Source: Octopus sinensis
Taxonomy: Eukaryota
Length of the DNA: 64,000 nt
Direction of reading: 5' to 3'
Assembly (NCBI RefSeq): GCF_006345805.1
Contig: NC_043019.1
Location: 22,319,360-22,383,359 of the forward strand
The position numbers and the translations under genes were made by a program. The notes under the pieces were generated by a model. The model was given only the letters and a program-made list of their open reading frames with translations. It was not told the DNA's origin and did not search any database. This document shows positions 38,401-50,164 of this stretch, one piece after another. The first letter of the stretch is position 1; each line of letters begins with the position of its first letter.

Positions 38401-41400
38401 CTCTGACCATTTTTATAGCCTCTGACCATTTTTATAGCCTCTGACCATTTTTATAGCCTCTGACCATTCTTAGAGCCTCTGACCATTTTTATAGCCTCTG
38501 ACCATTTTTAGAGCCTCTGACCATTCTTAGAGCCTCTGACCATTTTTATAGCCTCTGACCATTTTTATAGCCTCTGACCATTTTTATAGCCTCTGACCAT
38601 TTTTAGAGCCTCTGACCATTCTTAGAGCCTCTGACCATTTTTAGAGCCTCTGACCATTTTTAGAGCCTCTGACCATTCTTAGAGCCTCTGACCATTTTTA
38701 AAGCCTCTGACCATTTTTATAGCCTCTGACCATTTTATAGCCTCTGACCATTTTTAAAGCCTCTGACCATTTTATAGCCTCTGACCATTTTTATAGCCCT
38801 GACCACTTTAGAGCCTCTGACCATTTTTAGAGCCTCTGCCCATTTTTAGAGCCTCTGACCATTCTTCTAGAGCCTCTGACCATTTTTATAGCCTCTGACC
38901 ATTTTTAGAGCCTCTGACCATTTTTATAGCCTCTGACCATTTTAGAGCCTCTGACCATTTTTATAGTCTCTGACCATTTTTATAGCCTTGACATTTTAAT
39001 AGCCTCTGACCATTTTAGAGCCTCTGACCATTTTTATAGCCTCTGACCATTTTTAGAGCCTCTGACCATTTTATAGCCTCTGACCATTCTTAGAGCCTCT
39101 GACCATTTTTAGAGCCTCTGACCATTTTAGAGCTTCTGACCATTCTTATAGCCTCTGACCATTTTTATAGCCTCTGACCATTTTTAGAGCCTCTGACCAT
39201 TTTTAGAGCCTCTGACCATTCTTAGAGCCTCTGACCATTTTTAGAGCCTCTGACCATTCTTCGAGCCTCTGACCATTTTTAATGCCTCTGACCATTTTTA
39301 GAGCCTCTGACCATTTTTATAGCCTCTGACCATTTTTATAGCCTCTGACCATTTTTATAGCCTCTGACCATTTTTATAGCCTCTGACCATTCTTAGAGCC
39401 TCTGACCATTTTTATAGCCTCTGACCATTTTTAGAGCCTCTGACCATTCTTAGAGCCTCTGACCATTTTTATAGCCTCTGACCATTTTTATAGCCTCTGA
39501 CCATTTTTATAGCCTCTGACCATTTTTAGAGCCTCTGACCATTCTTAGAGCCTCTGACCATTTTTATAGCCTCTGACCATTTTTAGAGCCTCTGACCATT
39601 CTTAGAGCCTCTGACCATTTTTAAAGCCTCTGACCATTTTTATAGCCTCTGACCATTTTTATAGCCTCTGACCATTTTTAAAGCCTCTGACCATTTTTAT
39701 AGCCTCTGACCATTTTTATAGCCTCTGACCATTCTTAGAGCCTCTGACCATTTTTAGAGCCTCTGACCATTTTTAGAGCCTCTGACCATTCTTATAGCCT
39801 CTGACCATTTTTATAGCCTCTGACCATTTTTAGAGCCTCTGACCATTTTTATAGCCTCTGACCATTCTTAGAGCCTCTGACCATTTTAGAGCCTCTGACC
39901 ATTTTTATAGCCTCTGACCATTTTTAGAGCCTCTGACCATTCTTAGAGCCTCTGACCATTTTTATAGCCTCTGACCATTTTTATAGCCTCTGACCATTTT
40001 TATGCCTCTGACCATTTTTAGAGCCTCTGACCATTCTTAGAGCCTCTGACCATTTTATAGCCTCTGACCATTTTAGAGCCTCTGACCATTCTTAGAGCCT
40101 CTGACCATTTTTAAAGCCTCTGACCATTTTTATAGCCTCTGACCATTTTTATAGCCTCTGACCATTTTTAAAGCCTCTGACCATTTTTATAGCCTCTGAC
40201 CATTTTTATATAGCCTCTGACCATTCTTAGAGCCTCTGACCTTTTAGAGCCTCTGACCATTTTAGAGCCTCTGACCATTCTTATAGCCTCTGACCATTTT
40301 TATAGCCTCTGACCATTTTAGAGCCTCTGACCATTTTTATAGCCTCTGACCATTCTTAGAGCCTCTGACCATTTTTAGAGCCTCTGACCATTCTTCGAGC
40401 CTCTGACCATTTTTAAAGCCTCTGACATTTTTAGAGCCTCTGACCATTTTTAGAGCCTCTGACCATTTTATAGCCTCTGACCATTTTAGAGCCTCTGACC
40501 ATTTTATAGCCTCTGACCATTCTTAGAGCCTCTGACCATTTTTATAGCCTCTGACCATTTTTAGAGCCTCTGACCATTTTTAGAGCCTCTGACCATTTTT
40601 ATAGCCTCTGACCATTTTTATAGCCTCTGACCATTTTTATAGCCTCTGACCATTTTTAGAGCCTCTGACCATTTTTATAGCCTCTGACCATTTTTAGAGC
40701 CTCTGACCATTTTTATAGCCTCTGACCATTCTTAGAGCCTCTGACCATTTTTAGAGCCTCTGACCATTTTCAGAGCCTCTGACCATTCTTATAGCCTCTG
40801 ACCATTTTTATAGCCTCTGATCATTTTTAGAGCCTCTGACCATTTTTATAGCCTCTGACCATTCTTAGAGCCTCTGACCATTTTTAGAGCCTCTGACCAT
40901 TCTTCGAGCCTCTGACCATTTTTAATGCCTCTGACCATTTTTAGAGCCTCTGACCATTTTTATAGCCTCTGACCATTTTTATAGCCTCTGACCATTTTTA
41001 TAGCCTCTGACCATTATAGAGCCTCTGACCATTATAGCCTCTAGCCTCTGACCATTTTTAGAGCCTCTGACCATTCTTAGAGCCTCTGACCATTCTTAGA
41101 GCCTCTGACCATTTTTAAAGCCTCTGACCATTTTTATAGCCTCTGACCATTTTTATAACCTCTGACCATTTTTATAGCCTCTGACCATTTTTATAGCCTC
41201 TGACCATTTTTAGAGCCTCTGACCATTCTTAGAGCCTCTGACCATTTTTAGAGCCTCTGACCATTTTTAGAGCCTCTGACCATTTTTAGAGCCTCTGACC
41301 ATTTTTAGAGCCTCTGACCATTCTTATAGCCTCTGACCATTTTTATAGCCTCTGACCATTTTTAGAGCCTCTGACCATTTTTATAGCCTCTGACCATTCT

Positions 41401-43588
41401 TAGAGCCTCTGACCATTTTTAGAGCCTCTGACCATTCTTCGAGCCTCTGACCATTTTTAAAGCCTCTGACCATTTTTAGAGCCTCTGACCATTTTTATAG
41501 CCTCTGACCATTTTTATAGCCTCTGACCATTTTTAGAGCCTCTGACCATTTTTATAGCCTCTGACCATTCTTAGAGCCTCTGACCATTTTTATAGCCTCT
41601 GACCATTTTTAGAGCCTCTGACCATTTTTATAGCCTCTGACCATTTTTAGAGCCTCTGACCATTTTTATAGCCTCTGACCATTTTTATAGCCTCTGACCA
41701 TTTTTATAGCCTCTGACCATTTTTAGAGCCTCTGACCATTTTTATAGCCTCTGAACATTTTTAGAGCCTCTGACCATTTTTATAGCCTCTGACCATTCTT
41801 AGAGCCTCTGACCATTTTTAGAGCCTCTGACCATTTTTAGAGCTTCTGACCATTCTTATAGCCTCTGACCATTTTTATAGCCTCTGACCATTTTTAGAGC
41901 CTCTGACCATTTTTAGAGCCTCTGACCATTCTTAGAGCCTCTGACCATTTTTAGAGCCTCTGACCATTCTTCGAGCCTCTGACCATTTTTAATGCCTCTG
42001 ACCATTTTTAGAGCCTCTGACCATTTTTATAGCCTCTGACCATTTTTATAGCCTCTGACCATTTTTATAGCCTCTGACCATTTTTATAGCCTCTGACATT
42101 CTTAGAGCCTCTGACCATTTTATAGCCTCTGACCATTTTAGAGCCTCTGACCATTCTTAGAGCCTCTGACCATTTTATAGCCTCTGACCATTTTATAGCC
42201 TATGACCATTTTTATAGCCTCTGACCATTTTTAGAGCTCTGACCATTCTAGAGCCTCTGACCATTTTTATAGCCTCTGACCATTTTTAGAGCCCTGACCA
42301 TTCTTAGAGCCTCTGACCATTTTTAAAGCTCTGACCATTTTTATAGCCTCTGACATTTTTTATAGCCTCTGACCATTTTTAAAGCCTCTGACCATTTTTA
42401 TAGCCTCTGACCATTTTTATAGCCTTGACCACTTTTAGAGCCTCTGACCATTTTTAGAGCCTCTCTGCCCATTTTTAGAGCCTCTGACCATTCTTAGAGC
42501 CTCTGACAACCATTTTTTAAAGCCTCTGACCATTTTTATAGCCTCTGACCATTTTTAGAGCCTCTGACCATTTTATAGCCTTGACCATTTTTAGAGCCTC
42601 TGACCATTTTTATAGCCTCTGACCATTCTTAGAGCCTATGACCATTTTAGAGCCTCTGACCATTTTTAGAGCCTCTGACCATTCTTATAGCCTCTGACCA
42701 TTTTTATAGCCTCTGACCATTTTTAGAGCCTCTGACCATTTTTAAGCCTCTGACCATTCTTAGAGCCTCTGACCATTTTTAGAGCCTCTGACATTCTTAG
42801 AGCCTCTGACCATTTTTTAAAGCCTCTGACCATTTTATAGCCTCTGACCATTTTTATAGCCTCTGACCATTTTTATAGCCTCTGACCATTTTTATAGCCT
42901 CTGACCATTCTTAGAGCCTCTGACCATTTTTATAGCCTCTGACCATTTTTAGAGCCTCTGACCATTCTTAGAGCCTCTGACCATTTTTAAAGCCTCTGAC
43001 CATTTTTATAGCCTCTGACCATTTTTAGAGCCTCTGACCATTTTTAAAGCCTCTGACCATTTTTATAGTCTCTGACCATTTTTAGAGCCTCTGACCACTT
43101 TTAGAGCCTCTGACCATTTTTAGAGCCTCTGCCCATTTTTAGAGCCTCTGACCATTCTTAGAGCCTCTGACCATTTTTAAAGCCTCTGACCATTTTTATA
43201 GCCTCTGACCATTTTTATAGCCTCTGACCATTTTTATAGCCTCTGACCATTTTTATAGCCTCTGACTATTTTTAGAGCCTCTGACCATTCTTAGAGCCTC
43301 TAACCATTTTTTGAGCCTCTGACCATTTTTAGAGCCTCTGACCATTCTTCGAGCCTCTGACCATTTTTAAAGCCTCTGACCATTTTTATAGCCTCTGACC
43401 ATTTTTATAGCCTCTGACCATTTTTATAGCCTCTGACCCTTTTTATAGCCTCTGACCATTTTTAGAGCCTCTGACCATTCTTAGAGCCTCTGACCATTTT
43501 TATAGCCTCTGACCATTTTTAGAGCCTCTGACCATTCTTAGAGCCTCTGACCATTTTTAGAGCCTCTGACCATTTTTAGAGCCTCTGA
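35429..43588. repeat. 19-bp satellite array, consensus GCCTCTGACCATTTTTA(G/T)A, about 430 copies
   Basis: Register shifts by 1 every 20 columns, giving a 19-nt period; fills most of intron 35361-43700. Confidence 0.97.
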
Positions 43589-43700
43589 GATTGATGTGAG
43601 GGAGTCAAGGAATGAGGACGGAAGAAAGTTACTCAACGTCTCATTAATGTTGTACCTTGGTTAAATAAGACACTTATGGTCCCATTGTTTATTCGTATAG

Positions 43701-43867
43701 GGGTTGCTTACTACATCAGCAAAGACCTGAGAAACTGTACAGTTCTACCTATTTCAAACACCAGCGTTGATGCTGCAATGCAAAAAGTGGGAAACACATC
43801 TGTCGTAAGAATGAAAACAGCACAACAATTCTTTTTCACTGATCAACCATTTAAAAGCATTGGACAG
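43701..43867 (+). CDS. Host gene exon (1/0): GVAYYISKDLRNCTVLPISNTSVDAAMQKVGNTSVVRMKTAQQFFFTDQPFKSIGQ
   Basis: tag acceptor, GTAGGT donor. G-x-x-Y-x-I...C-T motif. Confidence 0.9.
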
Positions 43868-43943
43868 GTAGGTCGTTCTATTACTTCTTGATTTTTCAGT
43901 TAATGATACATATAAGGTGGTTCTTGGGAATCAAGAACTGACT

Positions 43944-44162
43944 GGCGCGTGGCTTAGTGGTTAGGTTGTCAGCATCATGATCGTAAGATTGTGGTTTCGA
44001 TTCCCGGACCGGGCGACGCGTTGTGTTCTTGAGCAAAACACTTCATTTCACGTTGCTCCAGTCCACTCAGCTGGCAAAAATGAGTAACGCTGCGATGGAC
44101 TGGCATCCCGTCCAGCTGGGGAACACATACGCCATAGAAACCGGGAAATCAGGGCCGTGAGG
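43944..44162 (+). mobile_element. tRNA-derived SINE family C with a V-SINE-like central domain
   Basis: ggcgcgtggcttagtggttagg (A box), ggtttcgattccc (B box), ctgcgatggactggcatcccgtccag. Confidence 0.7.
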
Positions 44163-44569
44163 GCTGCATTTATTATTTATATACTTTTGTGTGTGGGCTT
44201 AGCCATGTACTTACTTCGTTAATCTGAACTCTCGTAGAAAATTAAACCAGTAATGATCACACTCAAGCCTCTGATCCACAGGCATACTGTGTCCTCTCTC
44301 TGTCTTTTCACTTACTACTATAATAGCCTGGTACCTCTTCTGTTTAGATAACCCTAATCCACTTGCCTCTCCACCTCTCATATATCACTAAATAAGCAGA
44401 CAGACTATTCACATTTAAGGGAGATAATTATAAAACAATGTAAATTTTAAGAGTTATGTCCCTTGAACAAAAATACATCTGCGACGTTCGAAACTAACTA
44501 AATTTTCTTTCAGGTTTGTCTTCAAAATAAAACATATTTTGAGTGTATATGTGTTTGTCTTGATTTCAG

Positions 44570-44680
44570 AAAACGGTGCGAGGAGTTTTATGTGATGTTT
44601 ACGAGGCTGTGCGAAATGATTATATTGTTCCAGGAAGAACTATGCCAAGCGAGAGCACGTTTCGATATTATATGGCAAAT
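44570..44680 (+). CDS. Host gene exon (0/0): KTVRGVLCDVYEAVRNDYIVPGRTMPSESTFRYYMAN
   Basis: Found by reading. tttgtcttgatttcag acceptor, GTGAGT donor, 111 nt open. RG-x-x-CD motif. Confidence 0.88.
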
Positions 44681-44863
44681 GTGAGTATCAATAAGTTTCG
44701 TTATTCGATTGGAGATCTAAGTCGAGGATTTGTTTTCTAAAATTTCTTATTTACTCTTCTGATCTTACTATGAAGCAGATGGCACATCGAGTTGTCGTAA
44801 CTTCTACTTTCACACAGAGCTTAGAATAAAATTAGGAGCTGTATGTAAAAGTTCTGCCTTTTT

Positions 44864-44897
<34 letters not shown>

Positions 44898-45119
44898 CAC
44901 CGTAAGCAAATTAATAATATGGAGTAGGTGTGTGGTAAGAAGCTTGCTCCCCAACCACATGGTTCCCGGTTCAGTCTCACTGTGTGGCTCCTTGGCCAAG
45001 AGCTGACCAAAGCCTTGTGCGTGGATTTGGTAGACAGAAACTGAAAGAAGATTGTCGGATGTATATATTGTGTGGTGTGTGTGTGTGCGCGCGCGTATAT
45101 ATATATATATATGTATTAT

Positions 45120-45299
<180 letters not shown>

Positions 45300-45590
45300 G
45301 TATATGTGTGTGTGGATTAATTTTTTATTGGAATTGGTTCTTGAAATACATATAAAGTTATAAATAATAGCATATAAATATTGGGTTGAATAAAGTTTCT
45401 AAAATGGATAAACGAATGCGAAGGATTGCTTCGGTACAATGGTAGAAGGCCTGTCGTATCTACAAGAGATATGGGTTCCAGTCCCACGGGCAACTTTCGA
45501 CTTTTTGCTATCCTAAAGTGTTTTTCTACCCAATATTTACAATGTTTTACCTTTATATGTACTTCCAGAACCAATTTCAAAATGCACACA

Positions 45591-45693
<103 letters not shown>

Positions 45694-45714
45694 CATTAAT
45701 ATGCGGTTAAGCCT

Positions 45715-46500
45715 GTGTCCAGTCATAGAGTGATCAACGGTTTTGCATCCATAAAGAGCCTAGCCCTATGGACGGCTTCTGTTTATACTCCGGTATTCGG
45801 ATTACATGTATCATCGATAATTGCTAGGGAATTTTTCGTTGCATTGGATAACACATTTTTAAATCCAATAAATACTATAAAATGTTTTAATCGACATACG
45901 GTAAAGCTGCCTTATGCAACATCGCGTAATTCGGAATACCATATTCATAGGATTAATGATAGGATGCTGAGTCAAATTATTGCAAATACTAATAATAAGC
46001 TGAAAACTAACGTAGGCCTCACATACAAAGTAATAAGTGGAAGGAGTAATCAAAATAGTCCAAATATTTCTAATATAAGTTATAATATCGACGTTTGTGC
46101 AGATAATGTAAAGAACGATATGAATGCTGTAAACTTTTATAATAATGACTTTGGGGATAACAACTATTATAACAATGAAACTAACAGCAATAACAATAAT
46201 AATTATTGCAGTATCACTAAGAAGAAGATTAAAAACAAGACTAGTAATAACCCAGCTAAAAATAGTATAATAGAAAATGCAATTGTAGAGACAAGATCTC
46301 CTGTCCTCTGGAAAATGAGAGTCTTCATAAAAAAATGTAGCGTCTGAACGAGTACAATCGCCAGAACGAGTGCAAACGAGTACAAGCCTTTTCAAACGTC
46401 GTTGGCACAATTACATTCCATCATTTAAGAGCATCTACAAAAGATACCCTTCGCAGACGTTTATCTGGAGTTTCAAAGAAAGTTAGGTACATTCCAGTGG
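45715..46500 (+). pseudogene. Decayed Penelope-like element ORF (RT C-terminus, Asn-expanded linker, GIY-YIG remnant)
   Basis: IAREFFVALDNTF...KCFNRHTVKLPYATSRN resembles the PLE KxFNRHTxKxSYS motif. Downstream frameshifted FKRRWHNY..SFK..Y...FIWSFKE. Confidence 0.7.
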
Positions 46501-46626
46501 TTACAAATATGATGCAGATGTATTTGTTATCACTTATTAATCTGTGCATACATTTATGATGTGTATTCATAAACAAATAGTGCGTATATATCTATGTCAG
46601 TATTATTGTATGTGAATAGATAAGTC

Positions 46627-46765
46627 TGTTGTATTTAGGAATGGTCATTTTGCCAGTTTAGCCAATAAAAACACACGCACTATATATTTGGTGTTACTTT
46701 GCTTCAGCGTTGTTTATTTTTTTACATTAATCTTAATTTTATTTCGGCCATTCCTAAATACAACA
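46627..46765. mobile_element. Small MITE, 18-bp TIR tgttgtatttaggaatgg
   Basis: TIRs at both ends; a solo end copy in opposite orientation at about 4932-4971. Confidence 0.7.
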
Positions 46766-46906
46766 ATATCTGTTTCAACACACGATTTCACATCAAAAAT
46801 CTTGCAAAACAAATATATGAACGTAAATAGATAAGTCATTTTATATGAAAATACATATGTCTGTACTTACAAGTTTTAATCAGTTTTATCAGTTAACCTT
46901 ATTGTA

Positions 46907-47116
46907 TACTCTTTACTCTTTTACTTGTTTCAGTCATTTGACTGCGGCCATGCTGGAGCACCGCCTTTAGTCGAGCAAATCGAATCCGGGACTTATTCTT
47001 TGTAAGCCCAGTACTTATTCTATCGGTTTCTTTTGCCGAACCGCTAAGTGACGGGGACGTAAACACACCAGCATCGGTTGTCAAGCAATGCTAGGGGGAC
47101 AAACACAGACACACAA

Positions 47117-47149
<33 letters not shown>

Positions 47150-47319
47150 CATATATACGACAGGCTTCTTTCAGTTTCCGTCAACAAATCCACTCACAAG
47201 GCTTTGGTCGGCCCGGGGCTATAGCAGAAGACACTTGCCCAAGATGCCACGCAGTGGGACTGAACCCGGAACCATGTGGTTGGTTAGCAAGCTACTTACT
47301 ACACAGCCACGTCTGCGCC
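46907..47319 (-). mobile_element. SINE family A
   Basis: Sequence match to the family. Confidence 0.9.
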
Positions 47320-47490
47320 TATGCTTTATTTATTTTTATTCATTTTCATAATCCCATATTTCTACATAAATTAATATAAATATCAATATTATTACGTGTG
47401 TGTATGTAGGTTCCATACGTAGGTCGGTATAAAAGTAAGTGTATACATCAATGACAATAAAATATGTGTGTGTGTGTGTATGTGTATATG

Positions 47491-47874
47491 TAAGTAGCTT
47501 GCTTACCAACCACATGGTTCCGGGTTCAGTCCCACGGCGTGGCACCTTGGGCAAGTGTCTTCTACTATAGTCTCGGGCCGACCAAAGCCTTGTGAGTGGA
47601 TTTGGTAGACGGAAACTGAAAGAAGTCTGTCGTATATATGTATATATATGTGTGTGTGTATTTTTGTGTACCTGTGTTTGTCCCCCCCAACATCGCTTGA
47701 CAACCGATGCTGGTGGGTTTACGTCCCCATAACTTAGCGGTTCGGCAAAAGAGATCGATAGAATAAGTACTGGGCTTACAAAGAATAAGTCCTGGGGTCG
47801 ATTTGCTCGACTAAAGGCGGTGCTCCAGCATGGCCACAGTCAAAATGACTGAAACAAGTAAAAGAGTAAAGAGT
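47491..47874 (+). mobile_element. SINE family A (5'-truncated), inverted relative to 46907-47319
   Basis: Sequence match to the family. Confidence 0.9.
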
Positions 47875-47960
47875 AATATATATATATATATGAATAGATG
47901 TATATATGTATGTGTGTATGTGTGTGTGTGTGTGTGTGTGTGGTGGAAATAGTGTGGATA

Positions 47961-48158
47961 TACGAGGGAGTGCTGAAAGGTTCCTGGCTTTAAGCATGTC
48001 GTAAAAGGCTTGGTTAGAGGCCCAACCTCCCGAGTTCTTTTATAGGGCTTAGAAAAACTGAAGAACCGCCGCAATAAGAGAGTGAATAAAATCATAATCA
48101 ACTCATTCTTCCGTATTTCCTTTTACCGAAAGCTAGGAACTTTTCAGCACCCCTCGTA
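47961..48158 (+). mobile_element. Mariner-derived MITE
   Basis: TIRs TACGAGGGAGTGCTGAAAGGTTCCTGGCTT / AAGCTAGGAACTTTTCAGCACCCCTCGTA with TA ends. A related relic at about 29505-29612 encodes ...EEYVE-stop. Confidence 0.85.
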
Positions 48159-48652
48159 GGTCCATGTATATATACACGTGCACGTGCGCATTTGTTGGTT
48201 TGACAGACTTTTCAATGGCTTCGAAAAGCAACAAAAATAAAGACTGTAGTTGCCCTTATTTATATCGTAAATTAAGTTTGCAACGTTATATATTTTAGTG
48301 TAGGAAAAGGTATCCAGCTGTGTTGAGACAGCCAGGCTGGTTAACTGGATTTCTTTGAAGTGGAACCGTGATATGCACCAGAAGTGGTTAATTAGTGAAG
48401 TCTATCACTTTATGATATTGCTATTTTTAACGTTTATTTCTTTTTTTTTTGCCAAAACCTAGCCGGAGATGGTAAGTTGGTGGTTCATGGTTTAATAAGT
48501 ATGATGTTTTTTAATTCCTTGTTTTATTTTATTTTCCCTTGTTTTTATTTTTTTTTGTCGTTTGATCTTTTTGTCAACAGATTGCTAAAATATTATTTTG
48601 GTGTGAGTATAAAAAGAGTGAAAACAGAATCGGTTTTAACAGAGTTTTTTTT

Positions 48653-49342
48653 ACAACACTCACCTGATGAAATGCATCGGTCGGTATTGATGAATAGTAG
48701 TATTTAACACAATATGTTGTTTACAATATATTTAACATTCAGTAACGAACAGGTGGTAGCCATGTGTAGAAACAATTGTTGTGGTGTGTAATAAAACATG
48801 CTCGATTCGTCTTCTTGTTAATACACAACACTCACCTGATGAAATGCATCGGTCGGTATTGATGAATAGTAGCATTTAACACAATATGTTGTTTACAATA
48901 TATTTAACATTCAGTAACGAACAGGTGGTAGCCATGTGTAGAAACAATTGTAGTGGTGTGTAATAAAGCATGCTCGATTCCTCTTCTTGTTAATACACAA
49001 CACTCACCTGATGAAATGCATCGGTCGGTATTGATGAATAGTAGTATTTAACACTATATGTTGTTTACAATATATTTAACATTCAGTAACGAACAAGTGG
49101 TAGCCATGTGTAGAAACAATTGTAGTGGTGTGTAATAAAGCATGCTCGATTCCTCTTCTTGTTAATACACAACACTCACCTGATGAAATGCATCGGTCGG
49201 TATTGATGAATAGTAGTATTTAACACTATATGTTGTTTACAATATATTTAACATTTAGTAACGAACAAGTTGTAGCCATGTGTAGAAACAATTGTAGTGG
49301 TGTGTAATAAAGCATGCTCGATTCGTCTTCTTGTTAATACAC
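48653..49342 (+). ncRNA. 172-bp x4 tandem repeat with a hammerhead ribozyme motif per unit (candidate retrozyme/ribozyme satellite)
   Basis: CTGATGA at 48664, 48836, 49008 and 49180; GAAAC-AATT-GTH-GTGG at 48769, 48941, 49113 and 49285. Helices I-III can be drawn by hand; A.A at 10.1/11.1 is non-canonical. Confidence 0.72.
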
Positions 49343-49861
49343 ATACACACACACACACACACACACGTTGAGATTCTTTCAGTTTCCATCTACTTAAGTC
49401 AACTTAAAAGCTTTGGTCGGCCTGAGGCTAGAGTAGAAGACACTTTGCCCAAGATGCCACAATGGGACTTAACCCATAACTACGTTAATGTTATATGAAT
49501 TGGTGCCACGATAGGAAATGTCCAGTTAGCTTCGATATATTTAAACGTCACTGTCAGGATCCAGACTTCGGTTGTATGGAATACAAGGAACAAGAAGAAC
49601 AAAAATAAATTAAAATAAAATAAAATAAAATAAAATAAATAACATGTATTTGTTTTGCAAGATTCTTGACGTGAAAACGTGTGTTGAAACAGATATTGTT
49701 ATACTTGGGGACGGTCATCTTTTTCTAATTAAACATACGTACTAGTGCATGCGTTTAATTGGCAAAAGATGACCACCCCCAAGTGTTACAATAAATAAAT
49801 AACGCTCTCCACAAAAGAACTTGAAGCTGGCAACCATCACCACCGCTACTGTTACTTCCAT

Positions 49862-49925
<64 letters not shown>

Positions 49926-49945
49926 GCTACTACTACTACTTGCAG

Positions 49946-50023
49946 GAACAAGACTCCGAAAAAACCAGTGAAGTGGATGATGTCACTAGCGAACCGGTCA
50001 TGTTGGAAATAATTTCAGAGAGT
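49946..50023 (+). CDS. Host gene exon (0/0): EQDSEKTSEVDDVTSEPVMLEIISES
   Basis: Found by reading. (cta)n-ttgcag acceptor, GTAAGT donor. PVMLEI matches PMMLEI in module 2. Confidence 0.78.
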
Positions 50024-50083
50024 GTAAGTTGCTGGGCTTGTCGAAGTTGAATTTTGATTAATATTTATGCATGCGTGTGTGTC

Positions 50084-50131
<48 letters not shown>

Positions 50132-50164
50132 CTTTTGTGTGTGTATATGCGTGTGTGTGTTTGT

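Noticed and set aside
35429-43588. CRISPR-like appearance of the regular arrays (19, 172 and 207 bp)
   Set aside because: Units are contiguous with no unique spacers, there are no cas genes, and the context is eukaryotic introns.
43944-44020. tRNA genes at SINE heads
   Set aside because: A/B boxes are present but continue into SINE bodies, with no complete cloverleaf.
48664-48705. Alternative local hammerhead fold CTGATGA-AATGC/GTATT-GATGAA
   Set aside because: Gives GAU instead of GAA at positions 12-14 and no helix III; the GAAAC-AATT-GTA strand is the better partner.
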